Below the pieces are notes generated by a model. The model worked only from the letters and a program-made list of their open reading frames with translations. It ran no database searches and had not been told where the DNA came from. The position numbers were made by a program, and so were the translations under genes. Positions 51,829-61,934 of a DNA stretch of 64,000 nt are shown here, in pieces (the stretch's first letter is position 1; the number at the start of each line of letters is the position of its first letter). The stretch is taken from contig NW_001865079.1 in assembly GCF_000002865.3 (NCBI RefSeq), forward strand, positions 143,858 through 207,857. The letters are read 5' to 3'. The DNA comes from Monosiga brevicollis MX1. Lineage: Eukaryota.

Positions 51829-53344
51829 ATGAAGACTGAGGTTGCCAGCATGATGCAGCAGGAGGAGGCGACAGCCAACTCCAAGATGCAGCTCATGGCC
51901 CAAGAGGCTCGCGACCAAGAAGAAGAGAAGTTCACCAAGTAAGACCCCACTCTGCTCCGCACCTCATCCGCCTGCTGCCTTGTAGCTGTGTTTCTCCTCC
52001 CGCAAATGGCAGCTCACCAACGTGTTCTTGTGGCTCTTTTTGTTTCATTGCACCAGGTCACTGAACGGCTCTGAGGTGTCCAGCAACAGCAGCAGCAACT
52101 CGCTCGAACTTCCCTCGGGCGTCGTCTCCAAGCCTTACGGCATGGAGGGCGTCGAGCGCTACGACAACGCCTTCCACCGCGTCAAGCTCATGCAGTCTGA
52201 GATTATTGTCGAGCGCGGCATCACCCGCCGCCTCGCCGAGGTCGGCAAGCAGATTTTGCCCGAGACCTGCCACGAGAGCAACAACTACCTTCTTACCGAC
52301 TCTATGGTCGACAACCTTTACGGCGACCGTGTGCTCGAGGGCCTGCGTGAGGCTGGCCTCAAGATTTTCAAGATTGTTGTGCCCGCCGATGAGCTTGACG
52401 AGACAGGCGAGCCCTCTTGCGAGCGCCACAAGACGCTCGACGTCTTCAGCCGCTGCGTTGACCAGATCCTTGAGCGTGGCATTGACAAGAAGACCGCCAT
52501 CATCTCCCTCGGCGGCGGTGTCGTGAACAACATTGCCGGTTTCATCTCAGCCACCCTCTACCGCGGTATCACGCTGGTCCACTTTTCCACCACCACCATG
52601 GGCCAGGTCGATGCCGCCATTGACTTTAAGCAGGCCGTCAACCACCACATGGGCAAGAACCTCCTGGGTGCCTACCACCCGGCCTCTCGCATCATCCTGG
52701 ACCCTGAAGTCCTCGTGAGCCAGAGCAAGCGCCACATTCTCAACGGTCTGGCCGAGTCGATCAAGCACGCCTTTACCCAGTCGGAGGAGCTCATCAACTA
52801 CATTGTTGACAACCGTGCCATGCTCGATGACAAGGAACAGGCCGTCGACTACCTCGAGCAGATCATTCGCCTGACCATTGCCCACAAGGTGCCCACCCTC
52901 TCGGGTGACACTGAGAACAACTACAACGAGTATTGCCCTCAGTATGGTCATTGCCCCGGCCATGCCGTTGAGTTTTTGAGCCTGCACACCGAGGGTTCCA
53001 AGGCAGCCCTGCTGCACGGCGAGGGTGTCACCATTGGCATGTGCCTTTCAGCTGAGGTGGCCCGCCTCAAGGGCATCTGCGACGATGTTTGCGTCGAGCG
53101 TCACTACGAGGTCTGCCAGGCCATGGGCCTGCCCGTCTATATCCCTGACGACATGAGCGTCGAGGCCATCCTCAACAAGATGTGCTACGACAAGCACTAC
53201 GTCAAGCAGCCCACCATGGGTCTCACCACCAAGGTCGGCGAGATGTACGGCATTGACGGCGACTATGGTCACTCGATTGACCTGGAGACGCTCAAGAAGG
53301 CCATTGCCATTAACATCAACCGTCGTGATGCCCAGTCATCATAA
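51829..53344 (+). CDS. Sugar phosphate cyclase (3-dehydroquinate synthase superfamily), most similar in motifs to 2-deoxy-scyllo-inosose synthase
   Basis: ERHKTL, SLGGGVVNNIAGF, YRGI, TTTMGQVDAAIDFKQAVN, GKNLLGAYHP, GLAESIKH, QYGHCPGHAVE and LLHGEGVTIGM. One intron at 51939-52056 (AA|gtaag...cag|G). The start may lie further upstream. Confidence 0.9.
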
Positions 53345-56300
53345 GCGGCTTCGTTTGCGCTAGCCTATTTCTGAGTGTCCTGCCTGTGCCTGTGCTAGCT
53401 ATGCTTTTGATTAGCACCGCTTGTGTCTTGTCTTTAGATTTCTCGTTCCCTCTATTGCCTTGACATGCTTGTCGTGTCTGCACATTTGGCGCGCCCCGCT
53501 CTTGTTAACCATATGCCTGGGCGCTGCGTTTCTGTGTGTATGTATGCTCGTGTTCGATACCTCGTGACTTTGCCATCTGCGATGCTGTTGCTCGATGTGT
53601 GTCGCCTACACGATCTCGCTCGCGTGTTGAGTTGCTTCTCAGACGTCCTTTCTTCATAATCGACTATCTTTTCTCCTGATCAATCACCTTATCATTCGCG
53701 CGCTTTTCGTTCGTAAAGGCTCGTAAAGGCTCGCACAACTCGAGAGCAACTCACATTCACACGCACATCTAAAAAAAAAAGAGTCAAAAGCAAAATCTGA
53801 GCTTGATCATTTGTCAGCACGCTCGGGAATTCTGTGAACGAAGAAAGTGACATTGATGTCAGCAATTCGAGTTTAGGGCTAAAGAACATTGTATTGTCAG
53901 ATAAATCCACTTTAAGGAGGTATTTTTAATCTGCTTCTGTTGCGTGCGTTCGAGTCATGCAAGCAGGCATTATCTTGAGGCGACGCTGCCAGAAAGCGCA
54001 CGATGCTCAGGGAAAGTGGCACGTCGGACTGGCCTGTACGTAGCAGATACGCAATTCTTGTGTTTGAAGCCGTGTGGCCATAAAAGCACGACTGAATATC
54101 GACTCGTGCGTGCCCTTGCATGGCGTGTTGCTCGGGTCCATCGTCCCAATTCAAGGTTGTTGTGCTTCCCAACCAAAAGATCATGAACGGTTTGCGCTCT
54201 TTTGTTTATGTCTATCGCAATTAATGATGCAGCATGGCAGGAACGTTGTTCCACCCATCCCGCCGTGGTCTCAGCGATGAACTTGAGGCAATCGGACCTT
54301 ATTCCCGTCGTTGGGCATCCTGCAAATTGATCCAAAGATATGGGTGGCGGGCGAGGGTTGCTTACGGCCCTTTGCACTATCGTCCAAGCTGGGAAGATGT
54401 GCCACGGATTAGGTTGGGATGAGATGACGCTCACCAATCATGGCATGTGCGTCATTGTGGTCAGCTGGATGCAAAATTAGGAAAGAGGGGCGCGAAAGGG
54501 GGTGGGAGGAGTTGTCCCCCGAGATGACCTTCTGCCGGGTATGTCTGTACTTGGCAGTTTGCCGGGATAGAATTTGAAAAGCTGAGGCATTAGGTTATGA
54601 TGGGGAGCTCGAGCGTTCCAAGAAGCACACGACGGCATCCCGAGTTGGCACTGGCTGTGCACGCCTGTCGATGGTGGCGGGGTTGGCATGGATGTCGAGT
54701 TTCAAAGGTCAATGACTGCTTGCCGACTTTGTGGGCTGTTTGCATCTCGGATGAGATCCGAGGCGAGTTGCCGTCCTCTCTTGTCTGTGTGTTGGCGCGG
54801 CCTGGTGCTCCAATCGACGCAGAAAGGGGTGTGAGGGGGTCAGGCAGTTGTGGCACGTCACGAGCAGAGCTGATTTTGGTGCGGAGGCACCAGCGCCCAA
54901 CAAGCAAGCGATCCATTCCATTCCGACCCGAGTCATCATCGGATGCAGAAGCGCCATGACTCCAAAGGAACGGGTTGGGGAACAGAGGGGTGTGCCACGC
55001 CCGGTTGGTGCGGGCCACGCCAACTTTTGACGTGGCCAAGCTAAGCAAAACCCCTAATCGACGTTACGAGTCGGTGCCCGGAGAGCATGATGTTCAAATC
55101 GCGCTCGTGTATGTGTGATTGATCCCTTGGTGCACCAAGGCGCCGAGTGAAACCCTTCTCTGCTCTTCCCAGAGGCAGCTGCAGCAGTTCTCGTGCCTGG
55201 CACGTGTGAGTGAAACGGCGGGGGCGCGGGGAGGCCAGAAGGTAAGGCGGCATTATCATCAGAGTCCAAGTGAGCGGAAGCAGCTTTAGAGGACATCCCA
55301 CCCAACCTATCTACATATCTGCAATCTTTTGTTGGCAAAGGAAGAAGAGAAAAAGATGCGTTCGCGTATCGTGGGTTCCATGGAAGCCATATCGATTTAC
55401 GTAACGACATCAAGAAAATTTATGTTTCCTATGGGATTGTGGGTCTACTGATGGGATCGAAGCAGCTGGGTAGGTTGCTGCTGATGAAACGAGGGTAGGT
55501 ATTGGGTGGCGAAATCTCGAGCTGTGCCGGCTCATATCAGCCGCTGGTGGCGCTCAAGAGGTTTGTGATTTTTTTTCATCCTGTTGCCTCGAATAGAGAG
55601 ACGAAAAGCATTGCTCCTTGCCGACTTTGCCGAGGGCCAGAACAAGTCAAGGCTTGTGGGCTTGATCCGCGCACATCTTTGCGCCTCGTCGTCTCACGCC
55701 ATGGGTACACAGCGCCAATCATGTGACTCTGGGTCGCGGCGGCGGCTATCATCGTCTGCTGCCACAGCCCGTCTGACCGGACTCGGAATAGCGTTTCTTA
55801 TTGGTACTGGGAACATAGCATGGCCCAACGGCGGGCCTGTGACTGGACCAGAAGTGTTTCTGTCAACGGTGTGGGCGCATAATCAAAAGGACCCATGAAC
55901 GACCTCATCCGACCCAACGGGAGCATCAACGAAACGCAAATGCCGAAATTAACCCGATGCGAGCTCATGCCTTGTCGTGAGCGATATAGCCAACGAGGAT
56001 CGAAAACTTGACCTCAGGGCGGCTTTTCTCCGCACCGACTGACTGGGGTGTTGTAATCTAAGTTGGTTCGTGCGTGACCCACGAACAGGCAAGTCTTGCC
56101 TTCATTCCAAAGAGCCCTTCGTCCTGCGTCATATACTCGATGACTCTTCTCCCAAACTCCAGGAGTTTGAACCGCAGCTTTTGTTGTTTTCGTCAACTTT
56201 GCCCGCTGTTCCGAGCTCTCGATTGGCCCCGTGCCTGGTCGAGCTGCACCATCCTGCCCATGGTTGTTGTTGATTGTGCTTGTCTTGTTCAGCGCCCATC

Positions 56301-57735
56301 CAGGCACATGGACAGGCAGTGGTCCGCAGGTCTACTATCATTGTGATGAAACTCTACGTTCTGAGCCGGGACAAAGCCAGTCTTTAACGTTGGCTGTTCG
56401 GCGCCGTAACACTCAAATTGGTTGCCACTTGCATACACGGTTGATGTATCCGATTCACGTTGCAGAGGAAGATGGGAAGAGGACGAGGATGAGGAAGATG
56501 GGAAGAGGACGAGGAAGAGGAAGAGAGAAAGAAACAACATCAAGACGTGCTTGAAGTTTGAACAGGCCCGCACTGCCCAGCAGACATGGTCAGCAAGTCA
56601 AGGTCGCGGAACCATTCGCTACCGCGGTGCTTAACACCGCCGTGCATAGCAAAGCCACGTCAACCTCCATCCGGAATTGGGTTGTGTCGCGTGAGCATGG
56701 TTGGATTGGCTCCTCGGATGTTTTCGCCTTTTTTGTGTTGGTGATGAATCTGTAAGAGGAATGTGTGTGTGTATGTATGTGTGTGTCGAAGGTTTGACTC
56801 ACTTTCTGTCGCTGACGGACCCTTTGCCCGTGTGTATGTCCGACCGCTTGACTGTTGGTGTGGGTGGCATTTTTTTTTGACGTCTCCGTCTCCTGCTCTG
56901 GCTACTTCAAACTCGTCCATTGGATGTACGTTTGGGTTGTCCTAAAACCTTGCTCGCTTGTCTGGCACGGTATGCCGTGGCCTCCTTCCGCTGCCACCCT
57001 CGCCCCCACCCGTGCACCTTCTCTTGCCAGCCTGCCATGTCCCTGATTTGTTTTCGCTCCGTATCGTTTGGAGACCTCGCACTTCATCTGCACTTCCTTG
57101 ATCAAATCACATCACCCATCGCATCAGCTCGCAAATCCCCTCCCCCTATTATAAAGGNNNNNNNNNNNNNNNNNNNNNNNNNNNNNNNNNNNNNNNNNNN
57201 NNNNNNNNNNNNNNNNNNNNNNNNNNNNNNNNNNNNNNNNNNNNNNNNNNNNNNNNNNNNNNNNNNNNNNNNNNNNNNNNNNNNNNNNNNNNNNNNNNNN
57301 NNNNNNNNNNNNNNNNNNNNNNNNNNNNNNNNNNNNNNNNNNNNNNNCCCCTGCTTGCCCATCACCCTCCCCTCCTCGCCGATTCAGTCTGATGAGACAA
57401 GAAAAAAAAAAGCATCTGTCGCCGCCTTGCTCCTCTTGCTCGCTTCCCCGTGACCCGTGACCCGTGGCCTCCACCTCGATCATTGCTTGTGCGCTTGCAC
57501 TCGCTTGGCTCTCGCTTCGGTCGGCTCAAGCCACGATCTCGTTTGTCGTGGTTGGTTCTGGCTCCTTGGTGGTTTCACGAGTTGCTTCCCCGCCTTGTCC
57601 GCCCTCGTGGTTATAATCCCGAGTGTCCTTTCATCACCCCCGCGTCATCCCGTGGACACACCACCACCACCACGTCACCACCCATATACTTGTGGCTGCC
57701 GCTGCCCGTGTCCAAAGTTGCCATTCCAATATACA

Positions 57736-57852
57736 AACACACACACACAGACAGACAGACAGACACACACACACAGGCAGACACACACGCACACACAGAC
57801 ACACACACACACACAGACACACACACAGACAGACAGACACACAGACACACAC
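57736..57852. repeat. Compound (CA)n/(CAGA)n microsatellite
   Basis: Seen directly. Confidence 0.85.
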
Positions 57853-58301
57853 GGAGACCTGGATCCCTCTTGCTCATGGCTACGCTTTTATGACACCAAA
57901 CTCGTGCCACTTTTGCGTCCCCGCGTGTGTGTGTGTGTGCGTGTGTGTGCGTGCGGTGTGGTTTGGCTTGACGTCTGGGTGGTGTGTGGTTGAGAGATTG
58001 AGACCGTTTGTCTGGGTCTGTCTGTCCGTGATCACAAAAGCGCACGACGCCTCACAACCCCTCTGTTGCAATTTTGATCCCATCGCTGCCCGGGATTGAT
58101 GGTCTGCCCTCGCCCCCACATAGATCCACAGCCATCACCAGCGTCTGCGACCGTACCCAAGGGTCAGCCCCCACACTTCTGATTGCTCTAGTGTGTATCG
58201 GTAAGCGCATCCTCTCGCCCACTTGCCTACCAATGGTCCCAAACACACTCGACGCCCGCTAGGCCAGACTGCCATCCTCGAACCTGCATCTCCCACCTCT
58301 T

Positions 58302-58345
<44 letters not shown>

Positions 58346-58648
58346 TTTGCTCCCGAGGCCTGAGATCCGATGCCTGCGCCACCTTTTCCCACATTATACA
58401 TCAGGCATTGATCCGCTTCATCCAAGCCCACACGTCTCCTCGAACCGCGTTGCGCTCCTGCTTCCACAAGAACACATCGGGTGTGCCTGCTCACTTTTTG
58501 AGATCACCTCATATGTGTGTGTATGTGTGTGTGTGTGCGTGCGTGCTTCTCGAAACGGCAGACCCTGTGCGTGTACTCGGTAGCATTTTGATGATCATTT
58601 CTTTTGCTCGCATGCAGAATAGCTGAAGCCCCTTGAATCAGAAGTTGA

Positions 58649-59007
58649 CTCAGCAAGAGACATACACTGGGTCGAGCTAGCACCCCCCTCTTCGCAGCAG
58701 CACCAAACATCTTGGCGGGTTTTCAGTACACAGGAGGGGCCGGGCAGGGTGCCCATTCTTGCCGGCAGCCGACCAAGCTCCCGCCAAACCCTTGGCTCTT
58801 GGCGTCCATGCTCGGCAAGCCATGCTCGCAACCTTCTAGTGGACGTCTGTCCACAAGCCCCACCCTACAAGTCCCCAGCCCTCGATCAGCCGCCATGAGC
58901 ACCTCCCGCGGGGTTTCATCCTTGTCACCAACTCTTGGCGGCGATGAGGGTCCCATTCAATGCAAGGAATGTGGGCGTCGCTTTGCCCGCACCGCCAACC
59001 TCCGTCG
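58649..59007 (+). CDS. Exon of a probable C2H2 zinc-finger protein (partial; continues into the gap)
   Basis: An S/P-rich open frame ends PIQCKECGRRFARTANLR-CG|gtaag, i.e. C-x2-C-x3-F-x5-L cut by a canonical donor before the His pair. The 5' boundary is not determined. Confidence 0.6.
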
Positions 59008-59069
59008 GTAAGATTCTCTTTCCAATCCACACAGCCAACACATATATTCCCTCCGTCATGCACCGTACC

Positions 59070-59175
<106 letters not shown>

Positions 59176-59988
59176 NNNNNNNNNNNNNNNNNNNNNNNNN
59201 NNNNNNNNNNNNNNNNNNNNNNNNNNNNNNNNNNNNNNNNNNNNNNNNNNNNNNNNNNNNNNNNNNNNNNNNNNNNNNNNNNNNNNNNNNNNNNNNNNNN
59301 NNNNNNNNNNNNNNNNNNNNNNNNNNNNNNNNNNNNNNNNNNNNNNNNNNNNNNNNNNNNNNNNNNNNNNNNNNNNNNNNNNNNNNNNNNNNNNNNNNNN
59401 NNNNNNNNNNNNNNNNNNNNNNNNNNNNNNNNNNNNNNNNNNNNNNNNNNNNNNNNNNNNNNNNNNNNNNNNNNNNNNNNNNNNNNNNNNNNNNNNNNNN
59501 NNNNNNNNNNNNNNNNNNNNNNNNNNNNNNNNNNNNNNNNNNNNNNNNNNNNNNNNNNNNNNNNNNNNNNNNNNNNNNNNNNNNNNNNNNNNNNNNNNNN
59601 NNNNNNNNNNNNNNNNNNNNNNNNNNNNNNNNNNNNNNNNNNNNNNNNNNNNNNNNNNNNNNNNNNNNNNNNNNNNNNNNNNNNNNNNNNNNNNNNNNNN
59701 NNNNNNNNNNNNNNNNNNNNNNNNNNNNNNNNNNNNNNNNNNNNNNNNNNNNNNNNNNNNNNNNNNNNNNNNNNNNNNNNNNNNNNNNNNNNNNNNNNNN
59801 NNNNNNNNNNNNNNNNNNNNNNNNNNNNNNNNNNNNNNNNNNNNNNNNNNNNNNNNNNNNNNNNNNNNNNNNNNNNNNNNNNNNNNNNNNNNNNNNNNNN
59901 NNNNNNNNNNNNNNNNNNNNNNNNNNNNNNNNNNNNNNNNNNNNNNNNNNNNNNNNCCTCATGCCTCACCTTGACCCTGCCCCCTCAG

Positions 59989-61077
59989 ACGGCGCTCGGC
60001 TCTGCCGTCTACCTGTGGACGCCTGGCACAAGTCGCGTGCAGACGTTGTGCGACCTGCAGGGAGAACAAGGCGGCGACATCTGCTCGATCCGCTGGTCCC
60101 GTCAAGGGAATACTCTCGCCATTGGTGATCGCAACGGCAATGTGCACATTTATGACGCTGCCAAACTGCAGCGCATTCACACCTTCAAGCAGTTGCACAC
60201 CGAACGAGTCTGTGCCTTGGCGTGGAATTCCCACCAGCTGGCAACCGGAGGTCGCGATCGCACGGTTCGACTGCTTGATATTCGTGCCCGCAGTGAAACC
60301 TCACAACTGATGAATGGTCACACCCAAGAAGTCTGCGGCATGCAATTTTCGCCCGACGGCTCGCACCTGGCAACGGGGGCCAACGACAATCTCCTCTGTA
60401 TTTGGGAACCCACCCACGCCCACCGCCCGCGTCACACCTTCCGAGATCACAAGGCTGCCGTCAAAGCCATCGCCTGGTCACCACACAAGCACGGTTTATT
60501 GGCCTCCGGGGGTGGCAGTGCCGACCAGTGCATTCGTTTTTGGAATACCCTGACAGATCAGGCCCTGCAGGTCATTGACACCAGCTCCCAGGTCTGCAAT
60601 CTCGGCTGGTCCATGTACTCCAATGAACTCGTGAGCACGCATGGCTACGCCCGCAACGAAATCGTGTTGTGGTCCTATCCCGACCTGACCCGTCAAGCTG
60701 CCCTCACGGGCCATACCAGCCGTGTGCTATACCTCGTACGTATATGCCGCGCTTCTCAGCCTCAACAGCCAGAGGCCCAAAGGCTTGAACGCCACCTTGT
60801 TGTTTGTGAGCAGATTCTGTCACTGTGGTGGTTGTCGTTGGGGTTGGGGTTGGGGTTGGGTCAATGTGTCATCGTGGACTGTGTGCAGCTGATTTCATGT
60901 GGCTCAACGCCTCACGCCTTCCGTCTTTTACTATTGTGGCAGGCACTTTCCCCGGATGGACAGACCATCGTCACGGGTGCTGGGGATGAGACGCTGCGTT
61001 TTTGGCAGATCTTTCCTGGTGCCCGACCCAAAGCGACTGCCACCACGAGCCTGCACCAGTTTGAGCACATCCGATGA
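59989..61077 (+). CDS. FZR1: Fizzy-related APC/C activator Cdh1 (WD40 part; N-terminus lost in the gap)
   Basis: [83 protein letters not shown] and a terminal IR tail (FEHIR-stop). These residues fit Cdh1 better than Cdc20. Intron at 60736-60942. Confidence 0.9.
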   Translation, partial: [362 protein letters not shown]

Positions 61078-61934
61078 AGGGCTCAGACCGCTTCAGCATG
61101 TCCTGGCATGAGCCGCATTGCTCCTGTTGTAATGCTCATGGCAGAGCCTATTGCGCCTTTTCCGTCCCTGGCCGAGCCAGCGGAGAAGGAACGCCCTCAA
61201 TTCCAGTGCCGCGTGCCATGCGTTGCTGTTCCGCAATTCACTCACTCATTCCCAGTGGATCAATTCGTTGTGGTGACGCTCATCGATACGGTAGAAATTG
61301 TAATCCTGAACTCCCTTGGTTGAAGGCTTCGTGTTGCTTTCCGCGATCTTGCCCGCCACCGCCGTCAACACCACTGCATCTCCCAAATTCGCTCCTTCAT
61401 ACCTAGCGTGTCTAACAGGAGAGAGCACCATCAAACTTCTTTGCTACTCAAGTCTCACATAACAAAACGCCGAGCCATTTCCCCCTGAGGCTAGAGAAGC
61501 TTGTGTCTGAAGTGAGTGAGTGAGTGAGTGCGTGAGTGCATGAGTGCGTGAGTGCGTGCGTGTGTGAGTGCGTGCGTGAGTGAGTGAGTGAGCAGGAGCC
61601 AGCAGCCGAGAGTGCCACAAGAGCCACAAGAGCCACAAGAGCCCAAGAAGTTAGGGAGCAATTCAAATCAACATCAACAACAGCAATCAAAACATCAACA
61701 AAATCGTGTTTTGCTCAAAAAAAGTTTTTACGTGTGTGTGTGTGTGTGTGTGTGTGACACTGGTTTGATCTTCGGGGACTGCTGCCCGCTCTCAGATCTT
61801 GTCAAGGTATCGTCGGGGGCATCGTGGGCTTGAGGGTGTGCTGCTCACAACGAGGCAGGGTTCGGGGAATGAGGTTGGGTGCTGCCGGGTGTGTCTTTGC
61901 TCACCATGGTCTTTGTCCGTTTACAGCCGCAGTC

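Noticed and set aside
52022..53344. Calling the cyclase aroB, or an EEVS/DDGS gadusol/mycosporine enzyme
   Set aside because: It lacks the DHQS GD, KT and R..LN motifs and the EEVS/DDGS GHT(F/W)S motif. No O-methyltransferase, MT-Ox or ATP-grasp partner lies nearby.
48935..57100. Biosynthetic gene cluster around the cyclase
   Set aside because: No aminotransferase, dehydrogenase or glycosyltransferase motifs were found in the flanks.
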